Positions 27,592 through 35,974 of a stretch of 49,789 bases of DNA are shown piece after piece (within the stretch, counting starts at the first letter, position 1; the number at the start of each line of letters is the position of its first letter). A model generated the notes under the pieces. It worked only from the letters and a program-made list of their open reading frames with translations, was not told the origin of the DNA and did no database searches. Source of the DNA: a virus; the IMG/VR virus record IMGVR_UViG_3300017987_000024, positions 1-49,789 of that record. One strand, 5' to 3'. Position numbers and translations under genes: made by a program.

Positions 27592-29202
27592 CTAATTTCT
27601 CCTCGCAAATCGCGGCCACTTGCCGTACGCCGAGCGGCGCTGGCCTGAACGCTGTGAATGGGCCGCCGCCACGGCCTTGTGTTCGCCCCGATACCACCCG
27701 TCGATCGACATATACCGAAACGCCACCGCCATGTGACGCAAGGCGTCCGCCATGTGACGATGGTACGTCTTCGCCGGCTCATCGTGGAATTCCGGATGCT
27801 CCGCCGTCGAAGTCCCCGAGTTCTTCTTCTTGCAGTAGCCCGCCGCCGCCTTCAAGAACATCGGAGCCCCCGGCTCGTTGATGTCCAACAGCGGCCACAG
27901 TATCCGGGTCGCCTGAATCCCCTCGTTGAACGGGTGCGCCAGAACCGCTCGGAAGTTGTAGCCCAGACCCCGCAGAACGTCCTGCGTCGTCCGACCGGTC
28001 TGGAACGACCGACGGTTCGAGCCCTCCAAGTCCGGGCCCGCGAAGTGCTCCTTGCCCCACACGTACGGCATCGAGTCCATCGCCCGAGCCATCTCCGGGG
28101 CGCCCAGACCCTCGTCGTCCCAATAGTCGCTGATAATCCGCCAGCGACCCCGAATCCACTGCGCGTGAATGCTCGCCGTCCACCGATCGCCGAAGTCAGA
28201 GAAACACGTCACCGGAAACGTCGGGTCCCACGGATAACGGCCCACCCGATTGGCCTTCTTCGCCTCCGCCAGCTCGTGCCCGTAATACGTGCCCTCGCGA
28301 TGCGAAGGGAACGCGCCCTTGACCCGAATCAGCCAGTCGTTACTGCCCTTGGGATACTTCTTCTCGATCCGCTCGACGAAGTTCCGACCCGCCAGGCCCG
28401 GAATCACCTCCCGACCCTCCTTGTAGTTCGGCGTGTCGAATACCGAGATCGGAACGCACCACCAGCCCTGATCCGTCTCTCGGGCCGGCCGATCCTCATC
28501 CATCAGCCAGTCCAAACTCCCGTCTACCCGGCACGCATCCGCAAACTCGCACTCAGGATCGGTCGGATTGCCGATCGCCAGCACCTTCACGTTCTCGTTC
28601 GTCACCAAACCGTCCATCGCCGACCGCCAAATCTGGCCTGCAATGCCCGGACCCTCATCCAGAATCAGCAAAACCCACTTGTTGTGATAGCCCTGCATCT
28701 TCGAAGCGTGATCGGAAACGGTGTCCGGCGAAGTCGAGAACCCGATCGCGAAGTTCTTCTCCCAATACCCACGCTCCTCGACCGGCAAACGGGTCAGAAA
28801 CTCATCCGACGCCGGCATCTCCCACTTCAACGTCGTCAGCTTCGACATCTGGCCGCCCAAAGGAACCCGAGCGCCCCGAATCGCTCCCCGGATCTCCCGC
28901 CACAACTGATGCTCGACCTGATTGCCCGAAGGCGCCGTCGTCACCACCGTCGACGGCTGAAAACACGTCTTGAACCAGACCGCTAACTGACCCGCATTGA
29001 ACGTCTTCGATACCGAATGACCAGCCGGCACAATCACCAACTGATGGTCAACCAACGCCTGGCCAACCTCGCGCATCTTCTCCCAAATGTACTCCCGGCG
29101 AAGACCCACAGCCTCTACCGCAAAGGCCGATGGATCCCGACGCCACGACGTCAGGATCTTCGCCGCAATCGCCTTCTCTGGCTTGGAGACCGCAATCGCC
29201 AT
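27592..29202 (-). CDS. terL: Terminase large subunit
   Basis: Walker-A-like PAGHSVSKT, Walker B LLILDEGPG, and a C-terminal nuclease-size domain. 536 aa. Confidence 0.9.
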   Translation of the reverse strand: MAIAVSKPEKAIAAKILTSWRRDPSAFAVEAVGLRREYIWEKMREVGQALVDHQLVIVPAGHSVSKTFNAGQLAVWFKTCFQPSTVVTTAPSGNQVEHQLWREIRGAIRGARVPLGGQMSKLTTLKWEMPASDEFLTRLPVEERGYWEKNFAIGFSTSPDTVSDHASKMQGYHNKWVLLILDEGPGIAGQIWRSAMDGLVTNENVKVLAIGNPTDPECEFADACRVDGSLDWLMDEDRPARETDQGWWCVPISVFDTPNYKEGREVIPGLAGRNFVERIEKKYPKGSNDWLIRVKGAFPSHREGTYYGHELAEAKKANRVGRYPWDPTFPVTCFSDFGDRWTASIHAQWIRGRWRIISDYWDDEGLGAPEMARAMDSMPYVWGKEHFAGPDLEGSNRRSFQTGRTTQDVLRGLGYNFRAVLAHPFNEGIQATRILWPLLDINEPGAPMFLKAAAGYCKKKNSGTSTAEHPEFHDEPAKTYHRHMADALRHMAVAFRYMSIDGWYRGEHKAVAAAHSQRSGQRRSAYGKWPRFARRN

Positions 29203-29387
29203 CAGGACCCGTCCCCCATCGAAATCCGGCGAATCGCGTCCCGAACCCCACCCAAACGCTCCAATTCGTCCTCGACCAGCTCCTTCTGGTCCGCAGACAG
29301 CGAGCCGAACAAATCAACCACCACCAACCGGTTGATCTCCTTGATGTGCTCAGCAATTCGCTCTAATGCCGCTTCCATAACGCGCAT
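29202..29387 (-). CDS. Hypothetical 61-aa helical protein
   Basis: Track ORF whose stop overlaps the terL start. Confidence 0.5.
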   Translation of the reverse strand: MRVMEAALERIAEHIKEINRLVVVDLFGSLSADQKELVEDELERLGGVRDAIRRISMGDGS

Positions 29388-29477
29388 CCAGTCATCCCAA
29401 CGGTACGCTCAAAGTAAGACCATCCACCCATCCCCTAACCTCAAAACACCAAAACGTCAAGAGATTTCACCGCAGAA

Positions 29478-29520
29478 GTGACGAAAAAGTGCCCAAAACG
29501 TGCCCAAGAGGTGAAAATAT
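29478..29520 (+). promoter_or_regulatory. Array of four GTG(A/C)(A/C) motifs at exact 11-bp phasing (candidate pac or regulatory site)
   Basis: gtg at 29478, 29489, 29500 and 29511, read as gtgacgaaaaa/gtgcccaaaac/gtgcccaagag/gtgaaaatat. It lies in a 375-bp A-rich spacer (29388-29762) between terS and the 61-aa gene upstream of terL. Confidence 0.5.
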
Positions 29521-29762
29521 ATTATTTCCAGGAAAGACAGCGGCCGAGAAAGACGGGGCCCCCTATCCACCAACGGGAGACCCGGCCCGAAACCCGGGCG
29601 GGGGGTGGGCCTCACAACAGGTCGATATGGGGCCCCAAAAGCCCATCCAAACCAGCCCCAAACAGACCCCAAGCACCACAACATGTAGGGGTATCGGCCT
29701 TGGTGAGCCAAAAAGAGGGAAAACAGGTCCATACGCGCCACTGTATCGCGTTAATGTGGCGG

Positions 29763-30209
29763 TTAAGCTGATTCGGCGTCCAGCATGTCCAAGTCGTCGC
29801 CAGCAGCGCCCAGCAGCGCCGCAAGCTCTCCGATGGACGCAACAGCAGTTAGGCGGGCCGATTGCTCAACGCAAGCCCAGCCCGTGCGAGTGAGCATTCT
29901 GTCGGCGAAAGTGGCGCTGCATGACTTGTAGTCCTGGCCGTGCTCCTCGTAATACGCTTGTATTCTGGCCTTTGCGCGCGAGACGACGTCGGAAAAGGCA
30001 GCCACCCCTTGATAGTCCAACAGTGTTTGTCGTCCACAATCCAGATGGACGCATAGGCCCATAACGGACAGCTTCTTCCCTTGCTCGGCTCGCTGGAAGT
30101 ATCCATCGATAGCGGTTGCGAGCGCTTGGGGGGTTTCGAATTTGAGGGGTCTGCCAATGGCTCTGGCGTTGCGTTGGGTCGTCGTCATGTCTACATTGGC
30201 TGCGCTCAT
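29763..30209 (-). CDS. terS: Terminase small subunit
   Basis: ORF 29763..30512 trimmed to the ATG at 30209, because the longer form overlaps the upstream gene. GRPLKFETPQALATAIDGYF...MGLCVHLDCGRQTLLDY...FSDVVSRAKARI matches the gp3-type small terminase pattern. Confidence 0.75.
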   Translation of the reverse strand: MSAANVDMTTTQRNARAIGRPLKFETPQALATAIDGYFQRAEQGKKLSVMGLCVHLDCGRQTLLDYQGVAAFSDVVSRAKARIQAYYEEHGQDYKSCSATFADRMLTRTGWACVEQSARLTAVASIGELAALLGAAGDDLDMLDAESA

Positions 30210-30240
30210 GGCTTTTGGGTATGTTTTTGGGCTGAGTTTG

Positions 30241-31035
30241 TCAAGGGATTTCCCTGGCTTTGGTGAGTGTTTCCTGGAGGATGCTGGCGTTTGGCAGCAG
30301 TTCGGCCTCGATCTGGGCTCGTTTGGCCCGTCGTGCGGTCTGCTCTGGCGTTGGTGTTGGTGGCGTGTTGGTTGCGTGCTGATCACCCGGGAGTTTGAGC
30401 TTGTGCTGTTCGCGGATCCGGCGTCGCTGCTCGGGCGTGGCCTCTTGGATTGTGGGGGCCGATGAAGCCTGCCCTTGGGAAGGCTTTGGCGAATCGGCCC
30501 CTTTACTCTCAAGTTTTAATAAAGTTCTAATAGGTGGTTCCCCAGGACCACCCCCACAAGACTGGGGAACCGGGGTAGACGCGACTGGGGGACCACCCTC
30601 TTTTGGTTTTTCGGGGGTAGACGCGACTGGGGGACCACCTATATCATATCTAATAGGTGGTCCTGGGGAACCACCCTCTTTGTCCGGATCAATGAGGGCC
30701 TTTAGGACGCGGACTGTGTGTGGTTTGCCGCCCGTTTTGACCTGCTCCCAGTATCTATGCAGGTATTGTCTACGCGGGGGCAGACCCGCTTTGACTCGGG
30801 CCTTACTGCCCTGGCACAAGCCGACGATTATCTTGCGGACGTAGTCCGGGGTGAATTTGCAGTAATGGGCGATGGTTGCCGCCGAAGCGTAGCAGACCTT
30901 CGGCCAGAACCGATAAATCTGCTGGAGCACTACGGCCTCGGCGACCGATAGCAACGGGTCCAGCCATATCCAATCGTAGGCCCTGGCGTACTTGGTTTTA
31001 GTGCTGGGTTGTCGTTTGCGACCATCCGTGGCCAT
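30241..31035 (-). CDS. wHTH replication-initiator-like protein with Pro-rich repeat linker
   Basis: N-terminal LSVAEAVVLQQIYRF...ASAATIAHYCKFTPDYVRKIIVGL looks like a winged helix. A duplicated GGPPVASTP lies in the linker. Iteron-like DNA repeats lie inside the gene. Confidence 0.65.
   Translation of the reverse strand: MATDGRKRQPSTKTKYARAYDWIWLDPLLSVAEAVVLQQIYRFWPKVCYASAATIAHYCKFTPDYVRKIIVGLCQGSKARVKAGLPPRRQYLHRYWEQVKTGGKPHTVRVLKALIDPDKEGGSPGPPIRYDIGGPPVASTPEKPKEGGPPVASTPVPQSCGGGPGEPPIRTLLKLESKGADSPKPSQGQASSAPTIQEATPEQRRRIREQHKLKLPGDQHATNTPPTPTPEQTARRAKRAQIEAELLPNASILQETLTKAREIP
30526..30680. repeat. Iteron and inverted-repeat cluster (candidate origin)
   Basis: The 26-nt direct repeat ggggtagacgcgactgggggaccacc occurs at 30572-30597 and 30614-30639. 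A 20-nt inverted pair ggtggttccccaggaccacc (30533-30552) and ggtggtcctggggaaccacc (30656-30675) flanks them, each preceded by taatagg. AT-rich patches lie alongside. Confidence 0.6.
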
Positions 31036-31053
31036 TGTCGCCCTGCTAAAACA

Positions 31054-31120
31054 CCCCGCCCAGACGATGATAGCGCACTGGTACGCCGGCGGCCTTGCGG
31101 CTGGGCCCGTCTGGGCGGGG
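31054..31120 (-). terminator. 13-bp perfect inverted repeat plus U-tract in the leader of the initiator gene
   Basis: ccccgcccagacg (31054-31066) pairs with cgtctgggcgggg (31108-31120). On the minus strand the hairpin is followed by TGTTTTAG, 19 nt before the ATG at 31035. Confidence 0.45.
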
Positions 31121-31255
31121 AGTAAATCGACTTGATCCAGTGGTTGTCATACGCACCATTGTACCACCACCTACGCACCCCCGGCAAGCTGAAATAGTGT
31201 TCTCGGGGTGCCAAAATCTACCGCGTGTGTCTTTCACCAGGTGTCCAAACTCTCA

Positions 31256-31302
31256 TTTTGTGGGGGTTGTCGCCGGTTTTCTTAAATCTTTTTGTGGGGG
31301 TT
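31256..31302 (+). repeat. Direct repeat ttttgtgggggtt, 2 copies
   Basis: Copies at 31256-31268 and 31290-31302 in the divergent intergenic region. Confidence 0.8.
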
Positions 31303-31319
31303 ATAAGCCCTTATGGCTA

Positions 31320-31358
31320 GTGACGTTACGGTGTCGCTGGGGTGTCGCTGGGGTGACA
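31320..31358 (+). promoter_or_regulatory. Second array of four GTG(A/T)C motifs at exact 11-bp phasing
   Basis: gtgacg at 31320, gtgtcg at 31331, gtgtcg at 31342 and gtgaca at 31353. The array ends 17 nt before the -35 of the plus-strand promoter. Confidence 0.55.
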
Positions 31359-31374
31359 AATTAGTATCTTTCAC

Positions 31375-31404
31375 TTGCTTTTCGGCGTCCCAAACTGCTA
31401 TAGT
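31375..31404 (+). promoter_or_regulatory. Candidate sigma70-type promoter of the plus-strand operon
   Basis: TTGCTT, then 18 nt, then TATAGT, with the -10 ending 43 nt upstream of the ATG at 31448. Confidence 0.45.
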
Positions 31405-31447
31405 AGTAGATACGCGGGGGCAACAATCGGATATGGAGGTTAGGACG

Positions 31448-31693
31448 ATGATGGCAATAGAGTTTATTCAGAAACATGGTGTAGCCGTGCTTGACCTGAG
31501 ATCGCTGGTCGATGAATACGGCGACATTAGCGCATCCAACGCGGTCGGCGAATTGGTGCAGCGTCACGACTGGACACGCGACGGTGCCACAGACCTTGTG
31601 GAGTTGGTCGAACAATACGGATGGTTTTTTCTGCGTAGCGCCTGTGCCTTGGCGATGGCGTTTGACCTTGAAGACGGGAGTAAGGGCCACTAA
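31448..31693 (+). CDS. Hypothetical 81-aa protein
   Basis: ORF 31313..31693 trimmed to the ATG at 31448, 8 nt after GGAGG. Confidence 0.6.
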   Translation: MMAIEFIQKHGVAVLDLRSLVDEYGDISASNAVGELVQRHDWTRDGATDLVELVEQYGWFFLRSACALAMAFDLEDGSKGH

Positions 31694-31761
31694 CAAACAC
31701 TGGCCCCGCGACGCTGTAACGTCCGGGGCCCTGGCCGAAACCTATAGGGAGCTTAGGACAA

Positions 31762-32403
31762 ATGAAGCTGTTTGAAAAATATCGACCGTCGAGCCTGCGC
31801 GAAGTGCTCGGGCAAGACAAAGCCGTCAAGCAAATTGAACATTGCATGGGTCATGGCTGGGGCGAACAAGCCTTTTGGATCTCCGGTGCGTCCGGCACTG
31901 GCAAGACGACGTTGGCCAGGATCATTGCGGATATGGGTTGCGACGAAATGTTCGTACGGGAATATGACAGCGCCGATCAATTGACGTCGGCGGAATTTGC
32001 CGAGATCGAGCGAACGATGTACCTCACAAGCTGGGGCAAGGGCGGACGGGCCTTTATCGTCAATGAGGCACACGGGCTACGGCCCGCGTCTGTTCGGCGT
32101 TTGCTGGGGCTTCTGGAGCGCATTCCGCGTCACGTTGTCTTTATCTTCACCACCACGACGGAAGGGCAGTTGCAGTTCTTCGACGGCCAGCTTGACGCGT
32201 CCCCGCTAATGTCGCGCTGCATCTGTATCAGTCTCACAAATCAAGGGCTTGCCAAGACGTTTGCCGCGCACGTGCAGCGAATCGCGACAACGGAAGGGCT
32301 CAACGGTCGCCCGATCAATGCCTATCTGAATCTGGCGAAAGAATGCCGGAATAACTGCCGCGCTATGCTCCAGGCCGTGGAGTCTGGGCGCATGCTGGCT
32401 TAA
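31762..32403 (+). CDS. Clamp-loader-family AAA+ ATPase (RFC/DnaX-like, 213 aa)
   Basis: KYRPSSLREVLGQ, Walker A GASGTGKT, Walker B-like FIVNEAH, sensor-1 FIFTTT and SRC motif MSRCICI. Confidence 0.8.
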   Translation: MKLFEKYRPSSLREVLGQDKAVKQIEHCMGHGWGEQAFWISGASGTGKTTLARIIADMGCDEMFVREYDSADQLTSAEFAEIERTMYLTSWGKGGRAFIVNEAHGLRPASVRRLLGLLERIPRHVVFIFTTTTEGQLQFFDGQLDASPLMSRCICISLTNQGLAKTFAAHVQRIATTEGLNGRPINAYLNLAKECRNNCRAMLQAVESGRMLA

Positions 32404-32487
32404 CCCATCGCATCGACCCGCGCCGTTGGGGGGACGGCGCTGGCCGCTGGGCTGGGCAATGACAACGACTTCGGGAGGTTGGAAAAG

Positions 32488-33000
32488 ATGATGGCTACGA
32501 AAACACAATTTGAGACAGTGCTTGCGGAAGTAGAAACGAACATGATACGAGACACGCGCGTCGACGGGACGACCTACTACAAGTTTGCCGACGACGCGCC
32601 GGAATGGCTCCAGGGTTCGGATGTATCGTTGGCCTGCCACAAGGCCCTGGATGACCGATTCCCGGACGACTGGGTATATGAGCAAATGGCAGCCATTGCG
32701 GAGGACCTTGGCGACAGAGACGTTGCCGATGCGGACGACGCACGCGACGCAATGGGCGAAATCGCCGACAGCCTCGTTGACGTCTACAACGCCGACCGCA
32801 CCAAATGGCTCGCGTCCAATTTGAACAATGCGTTTCTCTGCGACGATGCCGCCGAAGAACTGGGTGACCCCGGTGACACGTTTAAGCGCATCGCCCAGGG
32901 CCAGTATGTTGCTATCGAGCGAATCGGCTACGCCCTTATCGATTGCATTACAGAGGAAGCTGAGCTTCGCGACGACAGCGAAGAAGACGAAACCGCCTAA
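32488..33000 (+). CDS. Highly acidic hypothetical protein
   Basis: The ATG at 32488 lies 9 nt after GGGAGG. The protein is Asp/Glu-rich throughout. Confidence 0.65.
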   Translation: MMATKTQFETVLAEVETNMIRDTRVDGTTYYKFADDAPEWLQGSDVSLACHKALDDRFPDDWVYEQMAAIAEDLGDRDVADADDARDAMGEIADSLVDVYNADRTKWLASNLNNAFLCDDAAEELGDPGDTFKRIAQGQYVAIERIGYALIDCITEEAELRDDSEEDETA

Positions 33001-33061
33001 CCTCCCCGTTCTGGCGCCGTCAATCGGGGCGGCGCTACGGGGGATAGAGAAGGAGGCCGAA

Positions 33062-33454
33062 ATGCTGACCGAACGCCAACGACTTGACTATATCATGGGC
33101 GGCCTCGACTGCTGCCCGCAATGCGGGGGGTGGGCGACGTCGGGCTCCGACTGGGATTGTGACGGCGACGTTGTATGGCAGAATCGCACGTGCATAGACT
33201 GCGAGTGCGCCCATACTGTAATGTGGTCGCTCTCCGATGTCCAGACCCAGCCGGACGGCAACGACGCCCGGGAGCCTAATTCTGCTACCGCGCGTGAGCT
33301 GCGCACCGCCCTGGATAATCTGCTGACAGTGTTCGACGCACTTGCTGCAGAAGGCGAAATGGGCTGGGAGACACGCGAGGAGATCATCAATGCCCGCGCG
33401 ACCTTGGGCAAGGGAAGCGTCCCGCCCTTGACACCGGGCCGGGCAAATCAGTAG
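33062..33454 (+). CDS. Zinc-ribbon protein (130 aa)
   Basis: ORF trimmed to the ATG at 33062 after GAAGGAGG. Cys motifs: CCPQCGG...CDGD...CIDCEC. Confidence 0.65.
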   Translation: MLTERQRLDYIMGGLDCCPQCGGWATSGSDWDCDGDVVWQNRTCIDCECAHTVMWSLSDVQTQPDGNDAREPNSATARELRTALDNLLTVFDALAAEGEMGWETREEIINARATLGKGSVPPLTPGRANQ

Positions 33455-33538
33455 CATGGTAATGGATCGAGAACGTAATCGCCCGCAAGGGCCATCCGAA
33501 ACTAACGTGACACAGTGTATTTTTTGGAGGTACGAGAA

Positions 33539-34177
33539 ATGAGACACCCAAGAATGATCGTAGCAATCGTGCTGTTGCTTGTGGTGACAGCGAACGCCCA
33601 ACTCAACCCGGTCCCGCGCGTCTCGCCCGGCCAATGGTCCGCCTGGGGACTGGTCGATATCGGCGAGATGGATCTGGATTTCGAGGCCCTGGGCGGCACG
33701 GAGATGGACTACACGCGCTGGCTCGCGGGCGTGGAACTCGGAGTCATCGACGGCGTGAGCCTGTTCGGCGGCGGCGGCATTATGGACATGGACATCTCGG
33801 ACTATTCCGACTCGCCCGGGACCTGGATCGTAGGCGTGCGGGGCGCGGTGGCCCTCAATGACGAATGGAGCCTGGGCGGTGTCGGGCAAGTCTCCGGCTG
33901 GAGCGCGACCGATACAGTTGACGTGGACGCCGTGGAAACGACGCTGGCGGCAGCGGTCCAGTGGTCGTCCGGGCCCTGGTCGGTTTACGGTGGTCCGTAC
34001 GTGCATTTGCTCGATGGCGAGTTGAGCTATCTCGGAATCGACCTGGACGTTGAAGGCGACGACGAGTTCGGCGGGTTCCTCGGCGCCGGTTACGAGATAG
34101 CCGACAGCGTCACCGTCAGTGCCGAGTACCGCTCGATCCAGCAAGGCGCGGTCGTCGGCGTAAGCTGGGCCTTTTAG
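33539..34177 (+). CDS. Outer-membrane beta-barrel protein (putative)
   Basis: The ATG at 33539 follows GGAGG. Signal peptide MRHPRMIVAIVLLLVVTANAQ. Alternating hydrophobic beta-strand pattern and a C-terminal VSWAF signature (terminal Phe). Confidence 0.7.
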   Translation: MRHPRMIVAIVLLLVVTANAQLNPVPRVSPGQWSAWGLVDIGEMDLDFEALGGTEMDYTRWLAGVELGVIDGVSLFGGGGIMDMDISDYSDSPGTWIVGVRGAVALNDEWSLGGVGQVSGWSATDTVDVDAVETTLAAAVQWSSGPWSVYGGPYVHLLDGELSYLGIDLDVEGDDEFGGFLGAGYEIADSVTVSAEYRSIQQGAVVGVSWAF

Positions 34178-34186
34178 CAGTTCCCC

Positions 34187-34230
34187 GCTCCCGCCGGATG
34201 GGGCGCCACTTCACCGGCGGGAGCATTTTC
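34187..34230 (+). terminator. Rho-independent terminator after the beta-barrel gene
   Basis: An 11-bp stem gctcccgccgg/ccggcgggagc with a 16-nt loop, followed by ATTTTC. Confidence 0.6.
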
Positions 34231-34241
34231 TGGAGGATGAG

Positions 34242-34406
34242 ATGGACAACCAACGCACACGGGCCGCTAGACGGCTGTTCGACCGCCGACCAAAGAATCC
34301 AGCCATTGCCCGACAGGTACAGGCAGACGATGAGGACGCCGAGGATTACGAAGAAGAATTGATGGACCGGGCGGAACAGTTCCATGAAGAATGCGGAGAT
34401 AGATAA
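34242..34406 (+). CDS. Small ORF (54 aa) not in the ORF track
   Basis: My own translation gives MDNQRTRAARRLFDRRPKNPAIARQVQADDEDAEDYEEELMDRAEQFHEECGDR. GGAGG lies 5 nt upstream. It fills the gap before the next gene. Confidence 0.5.
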   Translation: MDNQRTRAARRLFDRRPKNPAIARQVQADDEDAEDYEEELMDRAEQFHEECGDR

Positions 34407-34416
34407 GGAGGAAGAC

Positions 34417-34779
34417 ATGGATCACGTAGACGTCCGCAAGTGCACGCCGGGGCCGGCAACGATTACTCGCTCTGCGGTCAATTGCTTGGATATTCGCGGC
34501 GAGCTCGATAAACTGATCTGCCAGGTATACCGAGATGCTGATGGACTCGATCAGAAGGATTGGGATGACGCCGCCCTCATTCGCGAAGCCTTCACCGTGG
34601 CATCCGAGACGGGCATGGGGCCGAGGCAGTTGGCAGAGCAGCGGGCGGAACTACTGAAGGCGTGCAAGGCCATGCTGAATATCGACAACCCCCCGGCCCC
34701 CGACCCCGACCACATCGACACGAACCAAGCGGTTGCGATGATGCGTGCCGCCCTCGCCCCGGCCGAGAAGGGAGAATAG
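34417..34779 (+). CDS. Hypothetical 120-aa protein
   Basis: ORF trimmed to the ATG at 34417 after AAGGAGGAAG. Confidence 0.65.
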   Translation: MDHVDVRKCTPGPATITRSAVNCLDIRGELDKLICQVYRDADGLDQKDWDDAALIREAFTVASETGMGPRQLAEQRAELLKACKAMLNIDNPPAPDPDHIDTNQAVAMMRAALAPAEKGE

Positions 34780-34784
34780 AACAG

Positions 34785-35171
34785 ATGAGAATTGAACCAT
34801 GCAAGCCGCCCGTTGGCTATTACCACTACTCCAACCCCGCGTCTCAGGGGGCCTTGATGGCCAAGACGACCAAGTGGCCAAAAGGCCATCTTCCTGACGG
34901 ATGCGGAATCCTGGACGCATACACAGACCGAATGTGGGAATGGGATCAAGACAAGGCCAAGCGAGCCAGCGAAGCGCTGGGGGCACGATCCTTCAAGGAT
35001 GCCAGCGACGAGCAATTGCTGGCCTTCTCACGCGTCTGGTGGCCGGACTATGAGATTGTGGCCGTGCGCGTGGTGCATTATTACAACGTTGCGACGGGCT
35101 ACAGTTGCCCCCGCGTAGACGTCATCTACAAAGACGTCTCTCTCCCCGAGAATGGCGCCGACAATGGCTGA
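34785..35171 (+). CDS. Hypothetical 128-aa protein
   Basis: ORF 34662..35171 trimmed to the ATG at 34785 after GGGAGAA. Confidence 0.6.
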   Translation: MRIEPCKPPVGYYHYSNPASQGALMAKTTKWPKGHLPDGCGILDAYTDRMWEWDQDKAKRASEALGARSFKDASDEQLLAFSRVWWPDYEIVAVRVVHYYNVATGYSCPRVDVIYKDVSLPENGADNG

Positions 35172-35943
35172 CAAAACCGCCCTCAAAACGAACGAATGGC
35201 TACGGCAGCGCGAAGTCGACGAACTGCTGCGATACATCCGCAAGCGAACCAAGAGCGCCAAAGCCTCGCGCCGCAGTCACACGCGCCGACTGATTATCGA
35301 GATCGGGCTGTTCGCGGGCCTCAGAGCGTCCGAGATCCGCGGACTGAACATCAAGCACTTACCGCTAGCCAACGGCACGCTGGCCCTCCAGGTCATCGCC
35401 GGCAAAAGGAACAAGGACCGGCTGGTTCCGGTATCGAGGGAGCTGGCGCAACTGATCTGGCACTACGTGGTGGAGATCCGCCAGCTACTACCGCCTGTCC
35501 CCGAGGAAATCGAGCCCATTATCTGGCCGTATCTGGCCGAGGATGAGGACACCCTGGCCACACTCAGCAACCGGCAGGGGCGTCTGATCGGTGACTATCT
35601 GGCCTGCGTGCGCACCGCCGGGCCCAGCGTCGCAGACGCGCCCCTGCTGGTCTCGGAGATCGGCAACCGGATCGATCGCCATACGATATGGTCGTCCGTC
35701 ATGCTCACGGGCGTGGCGATCGGCTACGAGCGAGCGGTCGGTAAGCGCCCCGAGAACTCCGACCGCAACGCGCTCTATCCCCACCGCCTCCGCCACACGT
35801 GCGCCATGCGAATGGCGATAGCCGGTAAACACATCACCGAGATCCAGGGCTATCTCGGCCACTCCCAGATCGCGATGACCGCTCGCTACACGGCCACGTC
35901 TCAGCGCCACCTGTCGAAGACGGCGCAGGAGATGCACTGTTGA
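35152..35943 (+). CDS. Second tyrosine recombinase (XerC/D-like, 263 aa)
   Basis: FAGLRASEIRGLNIKHL (box I) and HRLRHTCAMRMA...GYLGHSQIAMTARYT (H-x-x-R...H...Y). An alternative start is at 35164. Confidence 0.85.
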   Translation: MAPTMADKTALKTNEWLRQREVDELLRYIRKRTKSAKASRRSHTRRLIIEIGLFAGLRASEIRGLNIKHLPLANGTLALQVIAGKRNKDRLVPVSRELAQLIWHYVVEIRQLLPPVPEEIEPIIWPYLAEDEDTLATLSNRQGRLIGDYLACVRTAGPSVADAPLLVSEIGNRIDRHTIWSSVMLTGVAIGYERAVGKRPENSDRNALYPHRLRHTCAMRMAIAGKHITEIQGYLGHSQIAMTARYTATSQRHLSKTAQEMHC

Positions 35944-35974
35944 GGGGGTTGTCGGGCCAGCCGGGCTCTTGTGG

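Noticed and set aside
29457-29741. A 94-aa minus-strand ORF (Trp/Phe/Gly/Pro-rich) in the terS-terL spacer.
   Set aside because: Its composition simply mirrors the A/C-rich plus strand (TGG, TTT and GGN codons). It has no RBS, and the region carries phased repeats instead. A small membrane protein cannot be fully excluded.
34116-34418. A 100-aa minus-strand ORF with a hydrophobic stretch, lying between plus-strand genes.
   Set aside because: It lies antisense to a plus-strand terminator, a well-supported 54-aa ORF with its RBS, and the start of the next gene. It has no RBS of its own.
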